Of a stretch of DNA of 64,000 bases, positions 10,665 through 22,809 are shown piece by piece. The notes beneath the pieces were generated by a model. That model searched no databases, had not been told where the DNA came from, and saw nothing but the letters and a program-made list of their open reading frames with translations. Origin of the DNA: an uncultured Acidimicrobiia bacterium (GTDB lineage Bacteria; Acidobacteriota; Terriglobia; Versatilivoradales; Versatilivoraceae); contig CAWBAT010000008.1 in NCBI GenBank assembly GCA_963786955.1, forward strand, positions 384,001 through 448,000, given 5' to 3'. The position numbers and the translations under genes are program-made. Each line of letters begins with the position of its first letter. The first letter of the stretch is position 1.

Positions 10665-11506
10665 ATGTATGAAATCGAACCGACATTTTTCGATGAGCTC
10701 ATCGCGACTGCTCTTCAGGAAGACCTCGGGGCGGGCGACATCACGACGCGGGCAATTGTTTCTTCAAAACTCATGGGCAGCGGTGAATTTGTAGCCAAAG
10801 AGGAGCTGATATCTGGCAGGGTGGCCGATTGCGATGCGAACGTTTCAAAAGCTGTCAGCCTCTATCTCCACGCAATGTTTCTTCACAGAGGGAGACGCTG
10901 TTTCCTCCGGCAGCATCTTGGGGACGGTGAGGGCCCCGCCGCCGCCCTGCTTTCCGGAGAGCGCGTTGCCTTGAACTTCTTGCAACGCTTGTCTGGAGTG
11001 GCCACGCTGACACGAAAGTTCGTTTCGGCTCTTTCTGGGCTCAAGGCTGTTATCCTGGATACGCGGAAAACGACCCCAGGCCTCAGGTTACTTGAAAAAT
11101 ATGCCGTGCGGGTGGGGGGAGGAATGAATCATCGACTGGGGCTGGCGGACGGGGTACTCATCAAGGAAAATCATATTACGGCTGCCGGTAGCTTGCCTGA
11201 AGCGGTCCGCAGAGCCAAGCTTGGGGCGGATCATTTGAAGAAAATTGAAGTTGAGGTAACCACCCTGGACGAACTGGGGCAGGCACTTAAAGCCGGAGCC
11301 GATGTGATCCTGCTCGATAACATGAACGTCAATGAAATCAAGAGGGCAGTAGCTGTAGTCGACGGCAAAGTTCCATTGGAGATTTCAGGCGGAGTGACTC
11401 TGGTAACGTTCGCGAACTGGCGTCGACTGGCGTGGATTATATCTCCGTGGGGGCCCTGACCCATTCCCCCAAGGCCATAGATATCAGCTTTGAATTGAAA
11501 CTGTGA
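10665..11506 (+). CDS. nadC: Nicotinate-nucleotide pyrophosphorylase (carboxylating) (frameshifted)
   Basis: EDLGAGDIT, ERVALNFLQ, DTRKTTPG, LIKENH and ILLDNM. Confidence 0.95.
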
Positions 11507-11582
11507 GTGAGGAGATCTGGGAGGTTGGATTGAGTTCATTCTTATGTATGAAGCATTTCAGGTTGGTTGCGTCCAGGCTAAA

Positions 11583-12403
11583 ATGAGTTCAGATCTTCTT
11601 CTCCCCGAAAGAATTCTTCCTCACTTACGCACTCAGTCCTTTGGGAGGACGATCCATCATCACGATCGGGCTGATCTCCACGAATGATCTTGCCCATCAG
11701 TTTGCCTTGGCAGGAGCGTCTGAAGGCACGCTGGTCCTAGCTGAGGAGCAATCCAGCGGGCGGGGAAGGTTAGGACGAACCTGGGCCTCAGAACGGTTTT
11801 CAGGCATTTATGCATCCCTGATCCTTCGTCCTGAAATCGAGCCGAGAGAAGCTCCTATCCTGAACCTGGCTGCCGCTGTGGCTGTCAGCAAGGGAATACG
11901 GGATGTGGTTCGGCTGGAGACGGATATCAAGTGGCCCAATGACGTTCTGGTGAACGGGCACAAATGTTGCGGAATCCTGACTGAAATGAGTACAGAGCTC
12001 GATAAAATCCAGTTTGTGATCGCCGGAATTGGTATCAACGTCAATCAGATGAAATTTCCCCCAGAACTCGAGAACAAAGCTTCCTCCCTGTTCCTTGAGA
12101 CCAAAAGAGTGATATCAAGGATTGAGGTTCTTGTATCGGTCTTGAAGCGGTTTGAGGATCTCTATGGTGAATTCTTGAGAAAAGGGCGGTCCGTTGTTCT
12201 AGAGCAATGGATTCAGCGCTCCTCCTACGCGAGCGGGAAAAAAGTGATCGTCGAATCAGGCAGTCGACAGGATTTCAGGGATTACGGTGGGATTAGGAGA
12301 TGACGGAACACTTCAAGTGAAAACGGAAAATGGCCAAATCGAGACAGTCATGAGTGGAGATCTTGTGGCCTGGGAGTCAATCGTCCATGTTACTCGTCAT
12401 TGA
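11583..12403 (+). CDS. birA: Biotin--[acetyl-CoA-carboxylase] ligase without HTH domain (frameshifted)
   Basis: STND, EQSSGRGRLGRTW, KWPND, KCCGIL and GIGIN. Confidence 0.93.
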
Positions 12404-13154
12404 TGTTGGAAACACGAATACGGTCTTGGGAGTTTTTGAAGGAGCTAATCTGGTCGTCGATTGGAGGCTCGTCACCAAGCAAAGCCAGACGGCTGACGAA
12501 TACGGAATCCTTGCCCGAAACCTCTTCAACCTGGCCAACATTGAAGTTTCCAAAATTGGTCATATCATTATTGCCTCGGTCGTCCCTCCTCTGAACTCAG
12601 TTCTGGCAGAAATGGCAGAGAAGTATTTCAAGGTTAAACCCCTTTTTGTAGAGCCTGGGATCAAAACTGGGATGCCGGTCCTCTACGACGTGCCTGCGGA
12701 TGTGGGGGCCGATCGGATAGTCAATGCCGTGGCTGCGTACGAAAAATATGGGGGACCGGCGATCGTCGTTGATTTTGGAACGGCCACGACATTTGATGCG
12801 ATTTCTGCTTCCGGACAATACCTGGGAGGTGTCATCGCCCCGGGGCCGGGGATTTCTGCAGAGGCGCTTTTCTCCAGGACAGCTCGTTTGCCAAGGGTCG
12901 AGATCAAAGCGCCTCCCCGAGTGATTGGAACATCGACCATTGGAAGTATTCAGTCTGGAATTTATTATGGTTACCTGGGACTGATCGATGGCATCTTGGG
13001 TCGCATGATCCTAGATCTGGGCGAGAAAACGGTGGTCATTGCAACGGGCGGCTTTGCCGCTCTTTTTGCCCGAGAGTCCCAGGGTATCCAGCATATTGAT
13101 GAGAGCCTTACGCTGGAAGGTCTTCGATTGATTTTCGAGCGCAACGTGAAATGA
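12387..13154 (+). CDS. coaX: Type III pantothenate kinase
   Basis: IDVGNTN, GADRI, VDFGTATT and ATGG. Confidence 0.96.
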   Translation: MLLVIDVGNTNTVLGVFEGANLVVDWRLVTKQSQTADEYGILARNLFNLANIEVSKIGHIIIASVVPPLNSVLAEMAEKYFKVKPLFVEPGIKTGMPVLYDVPADVGADRIVNAVAAYEKYGGPAIVVDFGTATTFDAISASGQYLGGVIAPGPGISAEALFSRTARLPRVEIKAPPRVIGTSTIGSIQSGIYYGYLGLIDGILGRMILDLGEKTVVIATGGFAALFARESQGIQHIDESLTLEGLRLIFERNVK

Positions 13155-13230
13155 GTAGAGCGTTTTTTTGATCTGCACGGGTACACCAAGAAGATGGAAA
13201 CGCCAAGAACGCAAAGATCTCGAAGCATAA

Positions 13231-13383
13231 GAGCTTTCAGACTGCCGACAAAGTGGCGTATCTTTGGGGCTGATCATCAACTGGAACGTGATTTTGTTGC
13301 GGCACGGCATCCAGCGCGTAGTCCGAAATCATCCGAAACAGCTGAGGTGGAGCAGGATTAAACCGCCGGGCTGGCCAAATTAA
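13231..13383 (+). pseudogene. 3' remnant of a GxxExxY-family protein gene
   Basis: Frame translates ...RQSGVSLGLIINWNVILLRHGIQRVVRNHP, matching the typical GxxExxY C-terminus (GLLINFNV..L..GI.R). No 5' part or start codon is present. Confidence 0.65.
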
Positions 13384-13484
13384 CGCCTCTTTTCTTGGCG
13401 TTCTTCGCGTTTCTCTTTTCCGCTGCAGGCTTACATCCACAGAAGGCGCTAACCCTTTGTGCTTTAGGTTTATTTTGAATGTGA

Positions 13485-14207
13485 ATGGAAAACTACATTA
13501 ACTACTATACGGAAATCGAAGAACATTTCCAGAAACGCCGCGGGATGCCCTCGCTGCTTTCCCCCCTCGATTGGGCCCTCATCGAGTCTTTCCAGGAAGC
13601 CGGGATTCTCTTGGAAACGGTTTTACGCGGCATCGATCTTGCTTTTGAAAAACATCAACGACAAAAAAGCCCATTCCGCAAAGTCAATTCCCTTTCTTAT
13701 TGCACGCAGGCCATCCTCACCGAGCATCAGAGGCTACAGGAGAGCTCCGTGGGGAAGTCAAACATTGGAGATGTTCCTGTATGGCCGACAAAACAGAGCG
13801 AGATAACCTTCTGAAAATGATCCTCCACGCCAGGGATTTGTTGGGTAAAGCTGCGGTCGAGAGCCGAGCTGCGAGCCGAGTTGGATTGGCCGGTGGTTTT
13901 GAAAATGCGGTGGGATCGCTCATTTCTATTGAACAGGAATTCCTCCATTCTCCAGTCACTGATTTTGAGAATTTGGAGATGCGGCTCAATGTGCTCGAAG
14001 AAAGGATCTTATCTTCTCTGATCGGAACCATGGAAGAGGAGGAACTCCTGGCGGATTCGTCGAGAAGTGAACTCAGAACTGAAACGCCATCGACGTGGAC
14101 TGAAAGCCGAACAATTGGCAATGTTGGAGAAGAAGCTGATTAACCGGAGGATCTTGGAAAAATTCAAAGTTCCCCGGTTGAGCCTATTCTATTTGCCGCT
14201 TAATTGA
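13485..14207 (+). CDS. Conserved hypothetical protein with DnaD/DnaB-C-like N-terminal domain (frameshifted)
   Basis: LLSPLDWALIESFQEAG...VLRGID...KVNSLSYCTQAI resembles the DnaD domain pattern; helical C-terminus ending VPRLSLFYL. Confidence 0.6.
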
Positions 14208-14353
14208 AGAAATGGTTCTTAATCCCTCTGACGTATTTTAAGGATGATCAGGTTTGGGCGCCAAGTTGAGTTCTTGGAGTTCTGTCATTCCTAATTTAGG
14301 GAATTGCCCCTCTAGTGGGCCAGGGTCTAATACCGCCCACTGAATAAGCCTTG

Positions 14354-15692
14354 ATGAGGTCATCCGAAAAATTGGAGCTTCCGTTTACAGTTCACGTTGA
14401 AAGAATCATTCCTGGAGGAAAAGGGCTCGCTTTCTTTCAAGGTCGAGCCGTTTTTGTCCCTCAAGCCACTCCCGGAGACCTCCTATTGGTCCGGGGAATT
14501 CGGGATCGTGGCAGCTACCTGCAGGTGCTCTCTTTTGAGATCCTCGAACCGTCCCTGAAAGGGTTCGCCCGCCCTGTCCTTTTTTTGGAGATTGTGGTGG
14601 ATGCGATTTCCAACAGATGACCTACTCTCGCCAGCTCATGTCCAAGCAAGAGATTCTACTGGATGCACTCAAGCGAATTGGTAAGATTGATCTTTCACCT
14701 GACAAGGTCACCGTTTTCCCTTCGCTCGCCACTGAATTACAGGAACCGGATACAACTGAAAGTGAGTGCCCAATTCGTTGCCTCTAAAGTGGGGCTTTTA
14801 TGCGCCTGAGTCTCATCGGGTTTGTGAAATCGACGACTGTTTGCTGGTCAAAGAATCACTTTGGGAAGCCGCCCAATGGATGAAGGAGTTACTGGATAGG
14901 ATTCCGATGAATGGAGTCGAACTTGATGAGGTGGAAATTCTGGAAGGTGATCATCATCAGTATCTTGGGAATCTGGTTCTTAAGGCAAAAACCAACATTC
15001 ATTCGATCCAGTAGTCGAAGCCATTGAAACAACAACTGCGAAAGATCGCCAACAGGACCGGGCTGGACGATCAATCTATCGAGCCCCTCAGGGGAAAGCG
15101 AATCGTGTCTGGGGAAATGGCCACATTTGGAAATCAGTTGGAGAATTCCGGTATCGAGTCAGCCACGGAGCCTTTTTCCAAATCAACGAACCATGCTGGA
15201 AAAGCTTCAGGAACGTGCCTTGGACGGATGTACTGGAAGAAGAGCCCTCGACCTGTTCTGCGGGGTAGGATTTTTTACATTGCCGTTATCCAGGCGTTTT
15301 GATTCCGTAGATGCGGTTGAGGTAAACTCTGGAGCGACACTCGACTTAAGAACAAACCTGGAAGAAAACCAGGTACTAAACTGTAAAGTCCTCAACTTGA
15401 ACTTGACAGACTTCCTGGGTGGGGAACAAGCCCGTCAATCTCTTGAGTTGGATTTGTTGCTCATGGATCCACCCCGCACGGGGCTTCCTCCGAGAACCGT
15501 CCAGGGCATTGCGGAACTTAAGCCCAAGAAGCTGATCTATGTGTCGTGCGATCCTTCCACGCTAGCGCGAGACTTGGCTTTGCTCGTCAAGCGAACTATG
15601 AGATTATCTCTCTTGATCTGCTGGATCTTTTCCCCCAAACACATCATCTGGAAGGAATTGTACGCTTGGAGAGGCAGACGGAAAAGGGTTGA
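14354..15692 (+). CDS. rlmD: 23S rRNA (uracil-C5)-methyltransferase, RlmD/TrmA family with TRAM domain (frameshifted)
   Basis: TRAM-like N-terminus, CPFFGDCGGCDFQ cluster motif (alternate frame), LDLFCGVG, MDPPRTG, YVSCDPSTLARD and FPQTHHLE. Confidence 0.88.
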
Positions 15693-15717
15693 CGGAATTC
15701 CTTGTCGTGGGTATCAT
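15689..15717 (+). promoter_or_regulatory. Sigma-70 promoter for the mltD-like gene
   Basis: TTGACG-N17-TATCAT. Confidence 0.6.
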
Positions 15718-15934
15718 TTGTTTGATTCTTAATGACTTGGAGGTTTAGCTCCCGCGGTATATCGTAAGCTCCTCAGACCCGCGTTCCCAAGCTGGGGTCA
15801 AAAACATAAGGGCTTGAATCTCACCCTAGAAATCGAATGGTTTGCCTAAGGAAGAGCATCGATTTTGCCGTTGCTTTAGGGTAAAGGTCTATTCTGTGTT
15901 GCTGGTAGCAATCGAGTTATTGGGGAGACTACGG

Positions 15935-17858
15935 ATGGTAAAAGACAAAAAGCAATCTTTGCTTTTTGTGCTGACTTTCGCGTTAGCGACGCTTTTCTTT
16001 TTATCCTGTAAAACGACGAATACCAATACCTCCGTGGCAAAGCCCCCGGTTGAGCAAGCCCCCCAGCCCCCAGCCCAAACGGCCTTGCCTAAACTTCCGG
16101 ATCCCCCAGCTCAACGTACGCTTCCGATCATCCAGCAGAAACCCCTTGTCGACCCGGTTGAAAATCTCATTCAAAGGTCTCAGGCTTATTTTTTGCAAGG
16201 TGAAAAAGAATCTGAATGCCGGGTTTCTTGAGAGGGCGAAGAAGGATTTTGACGAGTCGATTGAAATCATTTTGCGCTCCGGAATTCCTCTCGATCAGGA
16301 AGAACGTCTGGAGCGTCACTATGAAGGATTGCTCGATAAGATTTTCAGCTATGAATTGGCGGCGTTGAAAGCCGGCGATGGTTTTTCCGAGGAACGTGTT
16401 GAGACGGCGCCTCTGGATGAAATTGCGACCGGTGAACTTCCCATGACATTTGATCCGCGGTCCAAGAGCTTAGCGGAGCAGACTGTCCGGGAATACAAGC
16501 ACGACCTTCCCTTACCCATTAACGATTATGTTCTCCGCTACATGGACTATTTCCAAAACCGCGGTCATAAGACTATGGAATACGGTCTTCAGCGTTCAGG
16601 GCGTTATCGGGCGATGATCTCTCAAATTCTGGCGGAAGAAGGGGTCCCACAAGATTTGATCTATTTATGCCAGGCAGAAAGCGGATTCCGTCCTTTGGCA
16701 TTTTCACGCGCCAAATGCAAAGGAATGTGGCAATTTGCTGCCTCTCGGGGAGCCGAGTATGGTTTGAGGCAAAACTGGTGGATTGATGAGAGATCCGATC
16801 CGGAAAAATCCACCCGAGCCGCAGCCCGCCACTTGCATGATCTCTATATGCAATTTGGAGACTGGCTTCTGGCTATAGCAGCTTACAACACGGGGCCAGG
16901 AAATATTCAACGTGCCGATTGAAAGAACCGGTTATGCCAATTATTGGGAACTGTTGAAACGGGGAACTTTGCACCCTGAGACTGCCAATTATGTGCCCAT
17001 CATCATTGCCATGGCGATCCTCTCGAAAGATCCGGCGCGTTACGGGTTTGACTTATCCCGAACCACCGATCCATCAAGAAAAGCTCAAATTGGGAGCGCG
17101 ATCGATCTTCGTCTGGTGTCAGAAACTCTGGATATTTCTCTGAGCGACGTTCAGGAACTCAACCCGCATATCAAACGACTTACCACTCCTCGCAACGATC
17201 CTGAGTTCAATCTTTACATCCCGGAAGGAACAAAGGAGAAGTTTCTGTCGGAAATTGAAGCAATCCCGGAGGACATGCGCGTGACCTGGCGCAAACACCG
17301 GGTGGAAGAAGGGGAAACCCTTACCCAGTTGGCACGACGCTACCATACTTCGCCATCTGCCATCGCGCAGGCGAATAACCTGGCATCGGACAAGAGGATC
17401 CAACCTGGAGAAAAGTTAATTATTCCGGTCACTCCTGGGCGGGAAGGACGTGAGCGGGTGGTTGCGCGGGCTCTAGAATCCGATATACCGTGAAACGCGG
17501 GTGATACCCTGATCAGCATTGCCCGGGACTTTGATGTCAGTGTATCTCAGTTACGTCACTGGAATCGACTGAGCGCCAAATCCAACGTTCGACCCGGGCG
17601 GGTCTTAATCATTCAAGCCACCGAATCGGCTGCTCTCGCATCCACGCCCCATCCGAAGTCTAAGAATCTTCCCAGGCATCTTCGACATCATCCAATGGCC
17701 GCTCTCGTGTGATTCATCGCGTGAAAAAAGGCGAAACCCTCTTTGCCATCGCCTCAAATTACAAGACCTCTATCGAATCCATCCGGGACTGGAATAATCT
17801 CTCTCAAAGCGATGGGATTAAGGTCGGCGAACGCTTAACGATTTACGTGAATCACTAA
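15935..17858 (+). CDS. Lipoprotein lytic murein transglycosylase with LysM repeats (MltD-like; frameshifted)
   Basis: Lipobox FLSC; SLT motifs QAESGF, GMWQF, AAYNTG and ETANYV; three LysM domains. Confidence 0.92.
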
Positions 17859-17975
17859 TTCCAGAAGCGGTAAATGAGGCTTTGAAATCCTCCCATCATG
17901 AATGGTTTGAGGCCGCATGTCTTCATAAGAGCCTCTAGTGGTCGGATGTCCCAATACGAGCTACTTAAGGTTGGT

Positions 17976-20643
17976 TATTCGTTAATCCGAAGGGCCACCG
18001 ACATCGCCCGGTTATTCTGATTAGCTTGCTCCATGAAATGATTGAGTTGGTCGGAGACTTGCTTTAACTTTTGCCGGCTTTCTTCCTTGTTCGTGGATGC
18101 ATTCATCTGAAATCGGTAGGTTTTGTTTTTGAGTTGGATCTTAAGTTTGTCACTGGATTCAATCTCAAAATTTCGGATATCTTCTGCGAGAATCCATCTT
18201 TAGAATCTCCTGACGGTAGATAAGCGATCACGAAGGCATTCATACGCAGGCGTCCACTACAACTGCCGATGGTGTGGTCGTGGATGACCGCGATTGCGGT
18301 GAATTCGATCCTGCTCAGCAGACTCTTGAGTTCTTGGGCCACGGCTGTTTTCCCGTCGTTATGGGCAACAGCATAGAGAGCATTCAGAACTTCTCTCGCC
18401 TCATCAAACCGTTCCTTCTGAACAAACTCTTTGGCTTGTTCTGCTGCCTTTTGGAGACTATCCCGGCGAAGCGCCTGTGCACGGGGATTTTGCCGGTCTA
18501 TGGCAAGCAATCGATTGCAATACGACAATGCGCTCTCGCTGGCAGGAGTCACATAATTTCCCGCGAGTCAGGGCCGCTTCGGCTTTCTGGATCAATTCAT
18601 TTCTAACTGAGATTGGCGGGATTCGTCTTCCTTCAGAGTCTCCTGAACCCGGTTTAGCTCTGCATTACCCGGAAAATGGCTTTGAAGTTGCCGGGCAAGA
18701 GAGCGGGCAGCATCCAAGTCTTTGTTCTGAATATTTCTCTGAATCTGATTCAAAATTTCGCGCTGCACGGTTTCCGTTCCAGATTTTGCCATCTCATCAT
18801 TCGGAGAAAGCGCGGTCAATTGCTGGATGAGCTCGGCCGCATTTCCCGAGGCTGGAGTAAAGTAATTGCCGGTAGTCAAGGCGGCTGCGAGCTTTCGGTG
18901 CAATTCATCGACTTTCACTTTCTTCAGGTCAGGCAGGATCGGCGGGACAAGGGCTTTCTTCTTCTTGGGCTTCCACTCGAAATTCTTCAGCTCCTTGAGT
19001 CGCGTCAGCGTCTTGAGGGGAGACTTTCAAAGATTCAGCAATGCCAGCCTTGCATTTTCCCAGTACTTAATTTGCTGTGCCGACTTAAATTCCTGCCAGT
19101 AATGGTCAATGATCTTCTTCTTGAGCGAGAGGACGGATTCGTTTTGAGGCTCTTTCCGCAGGATCAGATCACATTGATTGCTGGCTTCTAGGAATTGTTC
19201 CCGATCAAACAGCTCCTGGGCGGTATTCTGGAGGTCAGCAGCCGACATGGACTTCATTTCACTGACGTGCAGAACTACAGACCATTTGGCAGGCACGCCC
19301 CCTTGGATCTGGAAGGTCTGGGCTTCGGGTAAGTAACCATCTCTCTCTAATCGGATGGTATAATTTCCGGCTTGCAGTGAGTCCGCGTGGAAAGGAGTCA
19401 ATCCCTTAAATTGTCCTTCAATAAAGATTTTCGCGCCTTCCGGATCGGATTGGACTTCTAAGGTGCTCATCGAACCCCGGGTGAAATGAAAAATAATGGC
19501 ACCCATTAATGCCCCAAATAGGACGCAGGCAACCGATGCGAGCACCAGCCAACGTCGCTGGGACTTCGGGTCATCAAGAACCGGCTCCGACTCCAATTTT
19601 CCGGGTACCAGAACCATTGAATTTTCTGTTTCCGGGGAATAGGGCTCCACTTGCTGCTCTAACAAAGGTTCAACGCGAATCAATTCAGCTTGGGGAGGAG
19701 ATGCTTCGGGTATCCCGGACATGGCCATTTTGTCAGACGTGTCGTCCTGCGGCGGATGATGGAGACCTGGAGAGGGGCCTGTCTCTTCCGACCTTTCTAT
19801 TGAGGCTACATCCCGGAGATCATTCCCTGGCTCCGCGGGGGGATTTTGGATCGTATTGGCAAAAGCCGACGCCTTATTTTCTACCGCCCGCTCTTGCAAC
19901 TGGGAAGCTTTCTCTTCCGTTTCTTCTAATTTTAGTCTGCTTAATTGCAGGTAATCTTGCAAACTGAGGTTCGTGGGATCTAATTCACAGAGGAATTTAA
20001 AGATTCCTACACTTTCTTGGAATTTTTCTTGATCGAAAAGTTCCATGGCCTCTTTCTTGAGATTCTCAATGTGAATCGCCAACTCTTCTTCCAAGCGGCG
20101 ATCTTCCCACCTTCTTTGTGCTTCCTTGAGATACAAAATAGCCTCTTGGTGATTTGGCGAAAGAGTAAGGATCGCCTCCATCAGTTTCATACAGGATTCG
20201 TGATCGCCCTTCTTCAGATATTCTCGTCCTTGACTCATGAGGAGTGGCAACGTATCGACGGAATGACTCGCGGTATCCTCCAATGATTTCGCCTGTTCCC
20301 TGGACTCCAAAGTCTCGATAAATTCGGTTAACTGCTTAACATTGCGTTCGCACATGGATTCCAACTGGTCAATGGAATATTCAACCTTATTTCTGGCTTC
20401 TTCCATGTCTCGATGAAGCCTCGTGATTTCCGTTTTCCACTGGAGGCTGTCTTCCAGTTTCAGATTTTCTGGAATCTTTTCGACGATTCGCAAAATTTCA
20501 TCGAAGTAGCTCTGGAATTCTTCACGGGTAAGAAGAGGATCCGCGATCTTGTTAGGGTCGAGTGCCCTGGCTCTCTGGAGCAAATTTTCCAGGTCATGCA
20601 AATTTGTTTTGGCCTCGGCGAGTAGCGTCATGAGTTTCGACAT
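17976..20643 (-). CDS. Membrane-anchored TPR/PEGA-domain protein (frameshifted; 3' end approximate)
   Basis: N-terminal coiled-coil/TPR region, TM helix WLVLASVACVLFGALMGAIIF, PEGA (VQSDPEGAKIFIEG...TP...GNYTIRLERDGY), TPR repeats and C-terminal HDHTIGSCSGRL. Confidence 0.75.
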
Positions 20644-20793
20644 TTTAGTTACACCTTTGTATTCTCAGGCTGGATATTGTGACGTTCATGTTCTTTCCAT
20701 ACGGATCCCGTTGTTGTAAGCGGCTGCGGTTCAACAATTTAAACCTCAAGCGGATCTTGATTAGATTCTATCGATTACCCCCAACTACAAATT

Positions 20794-20809
20794 TGCAATT
20801 TCCACGCCA
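20794..20809 (-). promoter_or_regulatory. Sigma-54 (-24/-12) promoter for the TPR/PEGA gene
   Basis: Minus strand TGGCGT-GGAAA-TTGCA, close to TGGCAC-N5-TTGCW, about 150 bp upstream of ATG 20643. Confidence 0.6.
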
Positions 20810-20911
20810 ACCAAGGTTTATTTGCAAATCTAAACCTGCTATGCTTGGCGCACTGATTGAGTCATCACCCAAGTGTCGTATATTGCCAAATCCCTCTTTT
20901 GGGGGAGGACT

Positions 20912-22444
20912 ATGCTATTTAAGGCACTCAGTGCAGCGGTTTTTGGTATCGATGCCTACGTGGTTGAGGTGGAGGTCGACGTCTCGGCCGGAAATGGGAT
21001 TTTTCTAACAGTCGGATTGCCGGATACTGCCGTAAAGGAGAGCAAAGAACGCATCAAATCGGCGATCAAGAACTGCGGATTGGATTACCCTTTTCAGAAT
21101 ATCACCGTCAATCTGGCTCCTGCAGACATTCGCAAAGAAGGATCCGCTTTCGATCTTCCCATGGCCATCGGCATTCTGGGGACAAACGGAATTTTTCTGC
21201 GCAAGGACCTCGGCGACTATATCTTTTTGGGGGAGCTTTCTCTCGATGGCGGCTTACGACCGATCAAAGGGGCGCTTTCCATTGCGGTGGCAACTAGTCA
21301 AAAAGGAATTCGGAATCTAGTCTTGCCTCTCGAGAATGCTCGTGAGGCAGCCGTCGTCAGCGGCATCACAGTCTATGGAATGAAGAATCTGGTTCAGGTG
21401 ATTGATTTAATCAATCAGACCTCAGACTTCGAGCCCGTTCGGGTGGATCCTGAAGCTTTGCTCAATGAAACGCTGGGATATGCGGTGGACTTTAAGGATG
21501 CCAAAGGTCAAGTTTCGGCAAAACGAGCATTGGAGGTGGCCACGGCCGGAGGACACAATATTCTCCTCATCGGGCCTCCCGGGTCCGGAAAAACCATGCT
21601 GGCCAAACGCATCCCGACCATCCTTCCGCCATTGACATTCGAAGAGGCCATTGAGACCACCAAGATCCATTCAGTGAGCGGAGTCCTGGCGGCCAATTCA
21701 GGCTTAGTTCACGGCCGCCCCTTTCGATCGCCTCATCACACCATTTCGGATGCCGGATTGATTGGCGGCGGCGCCATCCCAAAACCGGGTGAAGTCAGTT
21801 TGGCTCATCACGGTGTTTTGTTCTTGGATGAGCTTCCAGAATTTGCCCGAAACGTTTTGGAAGTAATGCGGCAGCCTTTGGAAGACGGTCAGGTAACGAT
21901 CGCGCGGGCCACGACGTCATTGACCTTTCCGGCGCGATTCATGCTTGCCGCTGCGATGAATCCCTGTCCCTGCGGCTATTTCAATGACTCCACGCGGGAG
22001 TGCAGCTGCAGTCCCGCCCAGATTCAACGCTATGTTTCCAAAATTTCCGGGCCGCTGCTCGACCGCATTGATATTCATATCGATGTCCCCGCGGTGAAGT
22101 ATGCGGACTTGGCCGGCAAGACGCCAGCAGAGGGCTCAACGGAGATCCGGCAACGCGTTCTGGAAGCCAGGAAGCTGCAGCAAGAACGTTTTCGCGGGCA
22201 GAACATTTATTGCAACGCCCAGATGTCACCGCGGCAAATCCGCCGCCATTGTGAGATTGGGGAGGACTCCCGGCGGCACCTGGAACATGCGATGACCAAA
22301 ATGGGCTTGAGTGCCCGAGCCTACGATCGCATTCTAAAAGTTTCCCGAACGCTGGCTGATCTCGATCATTCCCCCAATATCGAGGCCCGCCATATTTCTG
22401 AGGCTATCCAATACCGCTCGCTCGACAGGAATTACTGGGCGTGA
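20912..22444 (+). CDS. comM: YifB/ComM Mg-chelatase-like AAA ATPase
   Basis: [36 protein letters not shown] and LDRID. Confidence 0.96.
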   Translation: MLFKALSAAVFGIDAYVVEVEVDVSAGNGIFLTVGLPDTAVKESKERIKSAIKNCGLDYPFQNITVNLAPADIRKEGSAFDLPMAIGILGTNGIFLRKDLGDYIFLGELSLDGGLRPIKGALSIAVATSQKGIRNLVLPLENAREAAVVSGITVYGMKNLVQVIDLINQTSDFEPVRVDPEALLNETLGYAVDFKDAKGQVSAKRALEVATAGGHNILLIGPPGSGKTMLAKRIPTILPPLTFEEAIETTKIHSVSGVLAANSGLVHGRPFRSPHHTISDAGLIGGGAIPKPGEVSLAHHGVLFLDELPEFARNVLEVMRQPLEDGQVTIARATTSLTFPARFMLAAAMNPCPCGYFNDSTRECSCSPAQIQRYVSKISGPLLDRIDIHIDVPAVKYADLAGKTPAEGSTEIRQRVLEARKLQQERFRGQNIYCNAQMSPRQIRRHCEIGEDSRRHLEHAMTKMGLSARAYDRILKVSRTLADLDHSPNIEARHISEAIQYRSLDRNYWA

Positions 22445-22451
22445 ATAACAA

Positions 22452-22777
22452 AAAAGGTCGAAAGTCTAAGGTCAAAGGTCGGTCCGAAAACTGAGCTGAG
22501 TCGTGGGTCTTGGGTGATCGAGACACTAGGGAAAGGGTCAAGGTAAAAGGATAAAGGAGCAGGAAACAAGGAACAAGGAACAAGTTTGGAGGGGCGCGCT
22601 CCGCGAGCCCTGGGGGTAGCGACAGGCGTCCTGCCTCCGGTTTGGTAGGGCGGTCTCGCTGAGACCGCCGCGGACGGCCCGGCGGTCCGTCCCTACCAAC
22701 TCAGGCGCTGCCACAGGCGACAATCGCAAATCATCAATCGGCAGGGTGGCGAAGACATGCGCTATTGGCATGTCTTC
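22452..22777. repeat. Composite intergenic repeat cluster: heptamer runs plus several GTAG/GGAG REP-like palindromes
   Basis: AAGGTC-type and AAGGAAC heptamer runs; GGTAGGGCGGTCTCGCTGAGACCGCC...CGGTCCGTCCCTACC at 22644-22697; hairpin GAAGACATGC...GCATGTCTTC at 22751-22777. Confidence 0.75.
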
Positions 22778-22809
22778 GGATAGTTGAAATCGATAGCCAA
22801 ACCCGAATT

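Noticed and set aside
7902-12403. Pseudogenisation or programmed frameshifting of valS, nadC and birA
   Set aside because: These genes have intact motifs and scattered single-base indels, the pattern of long-read error.
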